A program made the translations under genes and the position numbers. From Azolla caroliniana (lineage: Eukaryota > Plantae > Polypodiophyta), in contig JBHGNT010000001.1 of assembly GCA_043228905.1 (NCBI GenBank), positions 7,440,001 through 7,504,000 of the forward strand: 64,000 nucleotides of DNA, written 5' to 3'. This document shows positions 45,801 through 59,000 of the stretch, piece after piece. The notes beneath the pieces were generated by a model. That model ran no database searches and was not told the origin of the DNA. It worked only from the letters and a program-made list of their open reading frames with translations. The stretch's first letter is position 1. The number at the start of each line of letters is the position of its first letter.

Positions 45801-45864
45801 ACTTCATAGCTTGGCTATTAAAATGAAAAGTGAAGGTTACACACCTTATGATAACCAAATGTAA
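42814..45864 (+). CDS. PLS-class PPR protein, 1016 aa, with E1-E2 and the N-terminal part of a DYW:KP-type domain (truncated)
   Basis: Intronless ORF with more than 20 PPR motifs. The C-terminus reads PDIIGWTSLLSRCRSHGNVEKG..LMSNIY..NSWKKPGKAFIEVNEIAHAFVVGDTTH..MKSEGYTP and stops before the HxE/CxxC zinc site. Confidence 0.93.
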   Translation: MQGQWRQQRNCFGIDVFCGLRVYSMVTMKGSVRPSITCKGVQLCKAFNTADHQGHMNPPEMYHSLLQSCIRKKDIIKGRNLLSLLTCNGLASHPSFGAILISMFGTCGNLQEAQWLFCRLPHPNLFSWTAIILAYARLGYGEQAINIYHQMDHLKPDEHLFVSILKACMVGEYLMEGMLFHGHIIEDGLEHHTVVGNSVIEMYVKYGMLEEAGNVFSSLPNPSVVTWSIVIVGLVEQRQSREAIWHFWQMEFEPDSVVFGNALKACSSLPSPDEGRLIHAKIIEGCHEKSLPINNSLIEMYANSGSLEDAQGVFIRAPQRSIMAWHALISANLQQRGRDEDALCLLRQMEWNDIQPTKLTWNLVISGLVQQDKADKAFQLFLEMLNRGIKPDSGVHISTLKGCTNIKLAWIVHAHIVETYHEMDSTIRNTLIDMYARCKSSHDACSMFNSSWKKNVVTWTVMINCHLLERNYDEAFLLFEHMHESGVKPNHVTFLSMLKGCSTDACIRKGGAVHHYIVRSHFEMDELICNSLIAMYTRCGLLDDAYCVFKGMLQKSVVTWTAMIAGYSQNGCVLEASTLFQQMHEDGVQPNNITWNAMVAGFAEQGHSEEAIEVFQHMQKKGHQPDDVTFIGLLKACGNLALLSQGEAIHSLIIEDGYDGDVFVINTLIDMYAKCGSIAHSRRAFDILPKQDIGTWNAMITGYSYYEEDEKALSLLEKLEQDGISPDHTTFLSVLSSCSNMLAVSEGKLVHCLMVENNLISDKLSCNALIDMYAKCGSLNDAYSVFEMTLHRDVITWSTMAAGYTQQNKFASVIEAFEQMKREGLEPDDVTFLGLLSTCAQMGFLHEGCWLFSSMTEIYGLTPKISHFNCLATLIANAGCWNEVDDFLQTMPFHPDIIGWTSLLSRCRSHGNVEKGERFFKQVLTTNHRDAASLQLMSNIYSEACMRRNGNEIGELKQFVNSWKKPGKAFIEVNEIAHAFVVGDTTHGQSDLIYSKLHSLAIKMKSEGYTPYDNQM

Positions 45865-46382
45865 TGAAAATTAGTCACTAAGTAATTATTGTAAAAGACA
45901 ATGAAGATACCTAAACAAGCATTGTATACATGTGATGAATTCCCCAACCTACATTAACGGCCAAGGTTCACTTTGACACTGTGTAACAAAACCTTTGTTT
46001 AGTTTCTTATCTCCATCTCACTTTGCACACATAACAAATTGTCAAACAAAAACATGGACCTATCACATTGTAGTACTTTTTTAGTAAGTAGTGAAGACCT
46101 AAACTTTCATCTTATATACTCAAGGATTGGCTATTACTACATTCCATGTCATACTAAACAATTGGTCACACTTAAAATTGTTGGTATTGCCTTCTTTTAG
46201 TCATAGCAAATGGGCACCAAGTCATTGGCTTTAGTCATAGCTAGAAAAGTGTTGATTTAAATATGTAGATCAAAGCTTACCAATGAGCATTGGTAAGAGG
46301 CCTCGATCCTGGGCTTAAAATAACTAAACTCTTTTTCTTTTTTGCCAAGAAAGGGGAAGTTTAGTGTATATGATGATTGGAT

Positions 46383-46860
46383 GAGGTTTTGCTTGCATTT
46401 TGCTTCCAACTATGAGATGACCTTGATTGAATTTTGTGTCACATTGTTTACCTATTGTGTTTCTAAAGTTTGATGTATGTTACCATTCATACCATATTCC
46501 AAAAGAGAAACCAAAATCATTGTAATTTGCACTAACGATATTTTAGAATAGCCATTAAAATTCGAAAATTAAAGGTATGCATGCAAAATTTTAAGATATA
46601 TTATAATAAATCATTTGCAACGAGGTTTTGCTTGCATTTTGTTTCCAACTATGAGATGACCTTGATTGAATTTCATGTCACATTGTTTACCTATTGTGTT
46701 TCTAAAGTTTGATGCATGTTACCATTCATGCCATATTCCAAAAGAGAAACCAAAATCATTGGAATTTGCACTAACGATATTTTAGAATAGCCATTAAAAT
46801 TCGAAAATTAAAGGTATGCATACAAAATTTTAAGATATATTATAATAAATCATTTGCAAC
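46383..46860. repeat. 239-bp near-perfect tandem duplication
   Basis: GAGGTTTTGCTTGCATTTTG...ATAAATCATTTGCAAC at 46383 and 46622. Confidence 0.95.
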
Positions 46861-49800
46861 AAACACGAGGCAAAGGTTTGGTATCATGAGCTTCTCTTTC
46901 ATGTTTCATGTCAAAATTCTCCTAAGCAAGAAGGTATAAATAACAATGTATAAAGTAGTGGTAGAAGAAGAAGAAGAAATGTGTTAACGTCTCTAAAGAG
47001 TTCAATGTTGCCATGGAGGTTAACATGAAACACAACTTATAGCTTGTTCACGTGCTCAAAGAAAATGAGAATTAGCAAAACTTTGCATAAAAGATAATAA
47101 TAATAATAAGTGAGACGCTATATTGGTCATGTTTAACCTTTTGACTACTGCATCATCTTGCACAATTATGATTTACGAGTCTTAACATTGAGCTTTCGAT
47201 GCTTCCCAATGATGATGACGATTGTATGTTTGTGGAGATCTAGGTGTCTCCAAGGTTGTCTTATGTGTCTCCTAGACTTGAGTTTTATGGCTCTGCCTCT
47301 CTCTCTCTGGAGTAATGACCTATTTAGATGAGCTCATCTCTCTTTCTCTCTCATGTGGGTAGTGAGGGAATGTTAAGTTAGATGTCCCTATGTCTTTGTG
47401 TACACACTCACTATAGTAAGATAGATGCAATAAGAAGGGGGGGGGGGGGGGTAAAGTGTCTTGAAAGAAGAATTAAATGGGATTGGGTGATATGGGAGAA
47501 ATCCAATCAATATTTGAAATGGCACACTGCACAACCAACCCTAGAAAAAAACTTTTTTGGTTTTTTTTTGAAACTTTAAATGTTTTGACCCTCATCTAAT
47601 GAAAGCAAAAAAAGCTGCCACCTTTTTGGGCTGCTTTTTTGTTGCTGCTGTTGTTATTGTTCTTCTACCTTCATTCAATCAATGCCCAATAAGGGGGTGA
47701 GATGGAAATGTGTGTTCCCTATAAACTTAGATACACACATGGATAGGCTTATATTTCTGTCTATCTACATATGTATAAACTTGTATCGAGATTCTAATAG
47801 ATGGATGGATGGATGGATAGGTAAATATATCTAATACAATCCAATCAAATCAAATCAATCCTATCAATTATTCTAGCTCTTCCTCCACATGCCTTGAATG
47901 AATGAACACTCATTATGCCCCCCAATGACTACTACTACTCTTTGTCCATTCAATCAATCTAATCTTATTATATCATTCATTCCATTATTATGTATATATG
48001 CTTCCCCATCATGATCTCACCATCATATATGCAACAAGTGCTTCATAACCCCTCCCCACCTTTTGAGCTTTAACATTCAAAGTCTTCTTCTTCCTTTCTT
48101 TTTTTACCTTTCTAGAGTGTAGTGCCCCATGCTATGTTTACATTATCTATGTGTGTTAGATTATATAGATATTTGTGTGTATTCATTCCTTTATTCACTA
48201 CTCCTTTCATAATATTGTAAATGTGGACACAAACTCTTATGGGACACGAGGACTGTTTTTTCTCTTCTCTTTTGTTGTTGCTTAAGTTAGATTGGCTTAA
48301 GATTTGATTCTCTCGTTGCTTTCGATCACCCCCTCTCCCACACACCCGTGACAAACACACAGAAAATTGATATTCAGGTCATGTTTTGATGTCAAATATG
48401 AGAATTTGAGAATAAGAATCAAAGTTTTTATTGGTGGTGGTTTATATTTTGTCATGAACTTTTTTTATTCGGCGTCCTTCTCTTCATGGTAATTTGGATA
48501 AACCTCGTATTTGAGATCATATATTCACCTCCAAAGTTACAAAGTCAGTGTAAACTCTAAGTGTGTCCACTTATTCCATATATATTGTAGATAAATCTTT
48601 TGTTGGTTTCCTTTTATTGTAGCAAAAAATCTATTGAAAGGTGTTACCTCCTAGGTATGAACCACATATCATTCAAATCTTTTGCATGGTCTTATGGGTA
48701 TTATCTCAATCTTTTACATGGGCTTCAAGGATTGTGTGTCATCATCAAACTTATATCAAGAAAACACATACTCCTCTTCCTTTTGTTCTCATTTAATATC
48801 ATATTATTTATCTTTTCTTTTTTGGACTTTAAAATCGAAGATCTCAAGATGCAATTAATCATTCTTAAAAATGTTCAAGGGATTCATGTTGGCAATTGAT
48901 AAATAGAATTTAGGTTATGGTATGAGGTTCTAACGTGATAGTTTGTTAATCTATATTGGTACCATACATGATAATCGCTTTAGCAATTCTATATTTAAGT
49001 TCTAACCCAAAATTATTGCAATTGGATATCAAACAATTTGGAATGAATTCCACGTACATACCTCAAAACTCTTGAGTCTTTATTATGTGCAAAGGGTAAA
49101 TTCTTTGTTGCATTTGGGAGATTTACCCCTATTTGTTCACAAAATACTCACATATTTTCAAAATTCAAAAAATAACCTTCCAAAATCTCAATTTACTCAT
49201 TCTTCTCTCCACAAGCTCTCTCTCTCTCTCTCCTCCTTTCTTGCTAGAGAGTGGTATAGAAAGATACATTAGAACTTTCAAGAAATGAGGGGTATTATAG
49301 GAATTTCATCTAAATGTTAGGGTATTTTGGTAAAGTTCGGTAAAAATCAAATCCTCTTTACATGGCTTTTACTACATGGTATCCTCGTTTTCATGTTTGT
49401 GAAGAGAAATTTCATAAAAGTACCATAGCTCATAGTTTCGAATTTGGGATTAGGTTATTATACAAGGCAATTTGAATTGAACATTACACATGTATGATTT
49501 GATGATATTGTAATTATTGGTTTAGAAGGGAGGTTTTTTGGACACAAGTTAAATGATGTCTTAAATACTATGCTAGAGTCATGGAAGAATTAGAAGAAGT
49601 CTTCATATTACAATTTACAACACCATAAGCTAGGGTGGTTGACTAGGCCCCAATCGTGTGGCCTATAGTTTAGGAGTTAGCTTGCGGGTGAGCACAGCTT
49701 GTTCAACACAAACCATTATAGTCTATGGTCAAGCCTTCATTCAAAATTTGGTACATCCTTCACCATTGACCAAGGCCTAAAAATCATGATGACCTTTGTT

Positions 49801-52800
49801 TCGAGAAATGTGGAAAGCCTATTTTTAGTTTAGTGTGTATGGTATTCCGATTATGTGCCTATTTATATGCCAAACATATTAGTTCACAATTACACATTTC
49901 CTTCGATTATGTGTCCTAGTCTTGTTGACTCCATTGGTGTAAGATTTTGAAGGTTCGAGGTCCTTGATTGTTGGGAATTTTCTCCATCGATATGTTTGTC
50001 TTTTAAGGGATTAATTACACGCAAATACACGGGGTGTTCATATCTATGTGTAGGAAGATGGATGAATGAAAATGTCGTAATAAACCTTTTTGCGAGTATT
50101 ATACATTTGTCTTGGTGTATAGACACATTGAAAATGGTGAATCTAGCTCATCTACCACATGAGAATTAATGCATAAGGAAACAAGAACGATGAGAACTCG
50201 TGAACTAGAAGTTTAGGAAACGTTGCAATTATATCATAATTTTATGCATGATTATCCATTCAACGGGGAAAAACCGTATGGTAATTCTTGGAAGAAAGCA
50301 TATGAAGTAGACATTTGGTAAATCCTAAAGGTGATTGATTATGTAGTTATTTATAGTTGTGCAAATTTTACTCAAACTTCACGCCACATGTTGATCATGG
50401 CCAATTACCACAAGTAATGTGTGCAAATATCAATTACTTCAACGATATCCATAAAGTATACAATACATTTATCAGCATGTCTTGTTGAGTAAATATGTTC
50501 ATAAGGTTACTTTGTAAAATACATATTTATATACTCGAGACCTTATTCATGCATTTGTATAGTATGTACATTCGCACACATGTGTATGTGTATGTGATCA
50601 TCAACATTACACCGTCTTAGTACATTGTTACACTAAACATCACATAAAAAAAATCATAGCTCAATGTCATAAATTACATGATTATTACATTCCTACAGTA
50701 AAAATAAATGTTTATTAACGTTTATATCGAATCATTTGGAATATTATTGCAGTGATTGACGGCTTGAAACGTGGGAACAATTTCCCATATGCTTTTGATA
50801 TGTGCAATTAGTAATGATGCAACATGGAGCTAGTACAAATAAAATATATGAAGCATTCTAAATGTCGAGCCTTGTATTTGCATCAATAAGAACCTATAGC
50901 ACCTAATAAACCTCGACTTTGTGTTATACATCTCCTTTCATGATAGAAAGGAAATCCAAATGAGGGGATGGAAGTAATCTAAGGAGTAAGAGATGTAGTT
51001 TATTATTTCTCACTATAAATCCCATTTTAGGACACAATGACATGTGGGTTTTTCTAGTGACAATTTGAATGAATGACCAAAACATGTCATACTATGTAAT
51101 ATGATTAGGTTGGGATGACAATGATTACATATGTATGTTGATGATTTTGAGACTAAATAAGTTTGCCATGCCCATTTAGCAAAGTGCAATAACCACCACC
51201 ACAATATAAAGATAAATACATTTATTTCCCTTTTTGTTTGAAAATTCCTGTAGCGTTTGCACATACACAATTCACATCAATAACCCGATGATCAATGTTT
51301 CCTCTCCTACTATAACTAAAATAACGTTGGTATAATTTTAATTAGACAATGTCAGGTGGGAACGAAAGTTACATTACCTTATACAAATGGTATCCATCAG
51401 TAATGTGTAAATGTTATTTGGCGAACCTTGCTCTACAACACCGTGATAAGAACAACATATATACATGATTAAAATCATTGACCTTCATTTCTGATGGTTG
51501 TTCTAAAAATTTGCTGACCTAGGTAAACTCCCATATGGAGGATTGAAAGGTGTATGTTTGGAGTTCTAGTGTGAATCCAACTATTGTCTTACAAATGGAG
51601 ATACGGTAGAAAGAAACAAGAAAGAAGCCAAAAATCTACTCATATGCTGTCAAGTTCAAAAAAGCGATAACAACGAAACTTCAAAGTACATGTTTTTTTT
51701 TCGGTATATCATATGAATTACAAAGTTTATTTAACAATGAAAAATAACTTATCGAACAAATTGTTTTCTACCGTGTGGTAGGATATGTGAATGTTTTTGA
51801 ATATTTTAAACATTAACCAAAAACAATAATAATTCAAAATAACGCCTTTGCAAAGATGGTGGTCCATGTGACATGGTTCATGGCTCACAACATTCTCTCC
51901 TTCTCTCTCCCTCTCTCTCAACTTCTCTCTCTGTATGTCCCTATCCATCAACTTCTCATCAAGTTAGTTGTACCAAACTTCCATGTCTCTTTGAATTTAT
52001 GCATTAACAACTATTCATACATAATGCAATAATTTTACTTACTATAGTATTGTAAAAGCAATATGATGTGAGCATATTATTTACTAATTCGATTCTTACT
52101 TACTTACATTTTGCCCGTTTGTTGCCGCCCCATCCAGAAACCTTCACCATAACATTATGACAATTTGTTTCAAAAGCGCCATTCATTGTGATGAAACCTC
52201 CAAGATGTATCCATTCTCAGATAACGTATGAAGGGCTATGGCTATACAACATTTAATTTTAACATAAAGATTGTTTTAAATCAGGGCACAATATTTCTTG
52301 CTTTGCAAGTCAACCAATGTATTGAGGTCCATCGTTGCAAGGTACCAAAAACTCTCTATCATGCATGAATCTCCTTCTTTATTTGAAGATATGCAACTTG
52401 GAGAAACTCACATTTATTCTTGTAAGCAACGGGTCTTATAAAAGTTTCTATGTGTAAGTATCTTATTCGAAGCTTTAATAGGTGATGGAATATGAAACAA
52501 CTTATTGTATGACTATGGACAGTCAAGTTCTTTTAATGATTGATAAATGTATGATATGGAACAACTTTTCGCGTAGTATAGACCATATAAGATTGTTGAT
52601 AAGAAGTATGGAAAGAACTCATAGTATATGATAGATAGATTTTATGGTTCAATTTAGATTTATGGAGGTGTTAATGAAGTGTTCCCAATGTTTAGTTAAT
52701 GTACGCTACAAGGTTGCGACGATTTGAAAACAGGAAAAATGTGCATGACCTAAAGTGGTGCATAAGCAATGAATCTCGTCTCCACAATGCACTGCAAGAT

Positions 52801-53399
52801 ACCTAGGTCTAGTTCACAAAGGGGAAACATGATAATGTGGAGAGCTTAACATCAATATGCACTGACATTCACGCCATGTTTGAACAACCGAGCATCTAGA
52901 TAATGTCTCCTTCCAACATCGGCAAGAAATCAATACTCCCCCTACTCGAAGATCTCCAATTCTCTTCGATGTTTGCATAGAAATCCTCTACGCCACAATT
53001 TTAGATGTTGGTTGCATTTGCTATTAGAACTCAAATGCTTCTTGATCCCCCAAATCCAACTCAGTTTGAGAACCTCGTCAAGATCTGGCCAAGGGAGCTT
53101 GTTTCATGTGTTCACGCATTTCATGCACTTGTTACTTTTCGCACGCTCTATCACGGAAGAACCGGAGATGTCTTGTTTTGGATGGGGGCTAAAACCTGAT
53201 ACGAGTTCCGGGAGGGGGTTCATCGAACACTAGATATGAGAACCCGTCTTCTCGCTTGCGAGGTGAGGCAAATTTTTCGTCCCGATCATCAAATGCTATA
53301 AGAAACTAGGGTGAGTCTCAGCCTGGAACCCAAGTCCACCCCACAATAAGAGGACTCTTGGTGGTAAACGAGCGGAAGCAACCAGACTTTGGTTCGGGT

Positions 53400-53443
<44 letters not shown>

Positions 53444-53994
53444 CTACAAAACAAAACTTATGGTCTCTTAAGTGTCTACATAACAAACTTTTGTTGGATA
53501 TGAGCAGAGTTTTAAAGCATAGACAAAAGAACAAAAGAAAACAGAGGAGATTTTACACTACATACATATACATATGTATATGTTTTGTGAGTTTTGCCAA
53601 GCTAGCTATAGCCATAGCCATAGCCATAACCATAGCCATAGCCATAACCATAGCCAAAGCTAGTTAGTTAGATAGGCCTAACTGGTTATGAGTCTATACA
53701 TATGGTATTATTGTGTAGTTATTATTATTTTTTGTTTGTTTTGGTCCATCCCAAAGTTAAGCCAAATAGTTACATTCTGCTAAGTTTAGTAAGAACTCAT
53801 TTCTCTGTTTCTGCAGGGGTTTGCACAGTCTCTACTAAACCCCTGAAATGATAGTAAGCTATACTCAGCCCAGTTTTAATTGCAGTGACAGAAAGAAGGC
53901 TTCAAAATCAGAGAGAGATAGAGAAGCCATGTCTTTCTATTAAGAGTTCTCAGAATGTTTGTGAAATCTCAAATTGCTTCATCATAGCTTTGTC

Positions 53995-54510
53995 TGATGA
54001 AAATCAGGGTTCCCTGTGTAAAAATATCCTCTTGCTTCACCATAGCTTATCTGGCGGAATCAGGGTTTACTGTCAACTGGGCATGTAGGTATTGCTTTGC
54101 TTAGGTTCCAGTTGATGAAATTAAGATTTTCTGTCAATTGGGCTTTCTCTGCTGTAATTAGGGTTTACACGGATGAAATATTACCATTTCCGTTTACTGG
54201 GTTGTTTAGTATTTAGGCTTTCCTCTTACGAAACCAGGGTTTTCTGTCTACGGAGTTGTCTAGAGTTTAATGTTTCCACCGATGAAAATAGGGTTTTCGG
54301 TCAACAGGGTTAGTTAGGGTTTCTAAGATGAAATCAGAGTTTTCTGTGAAATTTGTTGTCTAAGACATAAGGATCCTTTTGATAAAATTAGGGTTTTCTA
54401 TCAAGTGGGTTAGCAAGGATTGGAGGATTTCTATTGAATAAAAGTAGGAGTTTCTATCAACCGGGTTGTCGAGGCTCTGGGTTCATCTGATGAAATTAGG
54501 ACTTCTGTCT
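53995..54510. repeat. Degenerate ~58-bp satellite containing telomere-like TAGGGTTT motifs
   Basis: GATGAAA(A)T(T/C)AGGGTTTTCTGTCAAC.GGGTT recurs about 8-9 times. Confidence 0.65.
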
Positions 54511-55299
54511 AGCCAGAGCCTGCGTTGCATTCAGCAATGGAGTATGTGTACTTTCAAAATCTTAGAGATTCAGATACTTGAATAGGAAAATAATTTCCTT
54601 TCAGAGAAAAGAGAAGAAGAAAAATATGATAAAATGGAAAAGTAGAGAGAGAGAGAGAGTGAGAGAAAGAAATAAGCCGTCTTTTCCTTGTCTTCTGACT
54701 ATTTGTCCACTCTTTCTTCAAGAAGGATTAGGGTTCAGTAAGGAATCAGAATAACACTCTTTTCATATATACACATTTATCTCTCTCATCCATCAATCCC
54801 TGTCAAAGCATTCAATTTGATTCAGAGAAAATGCTGAATACTACTTACAATCATGCCTTTTTTCAAATCCTTAAATGAACAGTAGAAAAAGAAAGCTTTC
54901 ATCTTCTTCTAACTATGTTTCTGTATTAGAGAAAGAAGAACATGGGATAAAGCTGAGTTTTTTCCATCTCTCTCGGTTTCTCTCTGTTTCTTACAGGCTC
55001 TGCACATGGATCATAGTGCATATTCATCTACTCGACAGAAAGCTTCATTTCTCAGAGGTAAGGTAATGATGGTGCATTTTTATTGTACTTTGCTCCGTTT
55101 CTAGTTCACATAGATATCATCTCTCTTCATTTCTTTTCTCTATCTTGATCTTCAGAGGTAATGATAGAGACGATAAGTCCTTTTCCCAAGTCCGAGGTAT
55201 ACTAGAGATCACTGTATGTTGATTGTGCTCAGAGAGAGATGGGTTATATGAATGAGCATGAAATGGGAAAGTAGAGCTTTGGTAGAAACCAAGGTATGC

Positions 55300-55340
<41 letters not shown>

Positions 55341-56045
55341 TCTATTAACATAAAATTGAAAGTAGAGCTTTGGAAGATACCAAGGTATGCCGCATAGCAC
55401 TGTATATTGAATTTAAAGAGAGAGAGAGAGATGCTTCAATTGTACGAAAATAAAGTAGAAAGTAGAATTTAGAGGCAGGGAAATGTGTTGTATTGCATAT
55501 GCATAAAACCGAAAGCAGAGCTTTGGAAGAAACCAAGATATGCTAGATAGCTCTGATTAAAGAGAGAGAATCTTGAGTTTTGGGAACATAATAAAATGGA
55601 AAGTAGAATTTAGAGAGAGATAGGTTATATCCATGAACATAAAGTGGAAAGTAGAGCTTTGGAAGAAACTAGAAGCCATTTAGAAACTGCCATAAGATCT
55701 TCTTGTTCAATCATAATCCACAATTGCCATGATACATCTTGGTGGTTGCTCAGTCTCCCAGAGATTTCCTCATCATGGAGGGTAATTGCGGTTGTTCTTC
55801 CAAGTAGTGTGAGAGATAGTGTTCAGCAATATATTAGCGCCATGAATCTGTGATCTTTCCTCATATCATTCTTGCTGCTCAACGGAGGGTAGCTAAATGC
55901 ATGTGTAAGGATCTTGATTATAGGTTTCCAGTAGAGAGAGAGAGAGAGAGAGAGAAGGGGGGGGGGGCAGAAATAACTTAGCTTCTTGATGGGTTCCAAT
56001 TAAATCTATTGTCTCTCTCTGCAGACTTCAAGTTAACAAAAAATT

Positions 56046-59000
56046 ATGGATAAGCCGAGCTTTCGTAATCCTATGGAAGACTTATACTCTGGGAACCATA
56101 CACGAACCTCATGGAGGGTATAATATTATTGCTTCACTAGTTCTATTCTCTTCCTCTTCTTTGAAGATGCAGTCAGCATGTCCATCATCTAGACTTTATT
56201 GTTTATTGCTCCCTTGATACATACGAAGCTGTATATTGGTAGCTCTTTTGGGCTGATAAGACCGAAGGGGACTTTATTTGGACTGATAAAACTAAAGAGA
56301 GCTTTGTTTGGGCTGAAGAGATGGCGCCCAGTGGCTTCTTCTGTATGTCTGGGCCTGTAGCACATGCAGATGATGATGATGAGAGCAAGTATGCAGACCA
56401 ACATATGGATAACCAAAGCACAATATCATTGCATTCATCACCTCTTCATTTCAAACCAAAGCAAGAAACACATAGTGGGTCTTTGATGAAAGACAATGAT
56501 GGCGTTAAAGGCATGGGTCAAGAAGGTTATATGAAATATATCTGCTCAGATGGCATGGGCAAAATCTTCTGGCCATCGGGTGCGTTCTACAACGGTGAGG
56601 TCATGGACGGTAATCTGCATGGGGTGGGTACTTATACCGGAGCAGATGGTACTGTTTACCAAGGAAATTGGATTCTGAATAAAAAACATGGATTTGGAAG
56701 GAAAATGTATGAGAATGGAGATGTATATGAAGGGTTTTGGAAACTGGATGTGCCTGAAGGTCAAGGGAGATACTTTTGGAGCAATGGAAGTGAATATATT
56801 GGTGATTGGAGGAGTGGAATGATGTGTGGAATTGGTGTTCTTAAGTGGGTTAGTGGAGATAGTTATGATGGGGAGTGGCTGAATGGGCTACCTCACGGGC
56901 ATGGTATTTACACCTGGGCAGATGGAAATATCTATGTAGGAGCCTGGATACAAGGTTCAAGATGTGGTGTGGGTAGGTTTTGTTCACCAGGAAGAAATCG
57001 TAAAGATATTACGAGTTTGCCTGGTGTTGCAGGCATAGATTGTAAAATGCCTTCAGTTGTTGGAGGAAATCGGCTAATGAGCTGTGATGTTTTCCCCATA
57101 CAAGAGACGATGACATCAAGCGAAAAGTCTTCATCTGAGAAGTTGATGATGGATATGCTTTCTTCCATTGGTGGATACAACCAAGAATACAACCTTGTTT
57201 GTGAGCGGCCGCGAATGTCTGATACATGTGGGGATGGTTTTTGTAAATCACCGTCAGAAGTTAATCTCTGTGATTCCTTTTTCGCTAGGCCAAGTAGCTT
57301 CCAGAATGAGTTTAGTTTAGGCATGATGTCTGAGTCAGAGAGTGAGAATAGCTCACAGCAAATGGAATGTGGAAGGCGAGTTGGAGAGTACATCAGGAAA
57401 GGCCACAGGAACTACAGTCTAGTCCTTGCTTTGCAGCTGGGAATCAGGTATCTATTTGGTTAGTCTGCCAGATTTGGCATCCATTGCAAGATTGGGACTT
57501 AAAATCTATATTTTGAGCTTTTCTCATTGTATTATCAGGTATTCCATCATGGAAGGTGCACATTGCAAGAACAATCAACTTTTTCCTTCCGACTTTGGGC
57601 CCAAAGCTGTGCGGAGTGTGGACTTTTGCAGAGATCATTCTCAGTCTTATTACGTTACATCTGGATTTGAATGGACTGACTATTGTCCTGCCGTTTTTAG
57701 GTTTGTCCTATGATTTTGTCTTGGAATGTTAATTTAGGGGTGACTAGTATTAAAAAGCTAATTACAAGATTCATCTTCTTCAGAAATTTGAGAAAGTTGT
57801 TCAAAGTGGAGTCAAAAGATTATATGTCATCCATTTGCGAAAGTGGTGACTTTAGAGAGCTTCCTTCTCCTGGGAAGAGTGGCTGTGTATTCTATTTATC
57901 ACAAGACGAGCTCTTTATGATAAAAACCTTGAGGAAGGCAGAAGTGAAGGTATATCTACTAGTGCAATTATCTAATTGTCAATTTCAGAATATTATAGAA
58001 TAAGATCCATATCATCATATTTCATGCTAGTTAGCAATGACTGAAATATGAGCCTGTAGCGACTGATGCGAATTCCATGTCTCCTCTGATAATTGTATAA
58101 CAAAAACTCATCATGCAGATGTTTCTCAAAATGTTACCAGAGTACTATAATCATGTCTGCATGTACAAAAATACTCTGCTTACAAAGTTTTTTGGCCTCC
58201 ATTGTGTCAAACTTTCAGGTGGTCAGAAGGTATGTGGATACTTACTGTGCAGTATATGCTCTTTTAAATTGCTGTATTTGAATGCCAAGAATGTTGGTTG
58301 TCAGGTTCGCTTTATGGTGATGGGCAATATTGTTTCTTCAGACTCACAAATTCATAAGATTTTTGATTTGAAGGGTTCTTCAGATGGCCGGACCACAAAT
58401 AAATCTGAGATTAGGGGGAGTACTATATTCAAGGATCTTGACTTGGATGTTGTATTCCACCTTGATCCATGCTCAAGGGAGAGAATGCTAGAGTAAGTAT
58501 TTTTCTTTTTTGTACCCTGAATAGCATGACTGCATCATGATAATGTGCTTGCTGCCAAGTCTGAACACCTGATCAGATTGTCAGGGAAAAAGAGTGATGT
58601 AAGACTTGTCTTTTTGCTAGCGTCCCAACTTTTGCTAACAACTCATATCTATCTTTATTTATGAGGGAACCATTTTTATGCATTACTCCACCATTCATCA
58701 TTTATTAGGGAACCTTGCATCCTCGAAAGATAACTGTTCTCACATATAACTCAGAATCTATATGTTCGATGCTACATTTTCCACTAACAACTCAAAATCT
58801 TCACTCAAACGGGAATGTTATAAGAGTTGCTTTTTATAGTCTCATTCATGTATTATTGTGTAGGCATTCTACTGGTTGCTCGTGCATGATTGCATCCTAT
58901 ATTAGTAATGCATTCTTGTGTATAAAAATAAATATAATGAGAGAAAGATTATGATGATATGTTAATGTCCAGGGCCCAGGGGGCCCAGCATGGCCCAGAG

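Noticed and set aside
47100-48360. Promoter-like, low-complexity region with small hairpins (possible miRNA or small-peptide gene)
   Set aside because: No recognisable mature miRNA, no long hairpin and no CLE/RTFL/RALF-like ORF was found.
52300-53240. Possible transposase remnant
   Set aside because: Only weak fragments (e.g. IESFW); no DDE motif order or terminal repeats could be supported.
53389-53667. 92-aa ORF with ERERER and AIAIAI tracts
   Set aside because: It is the translation of (GA)n and (TAGCCA)n microsatellites.
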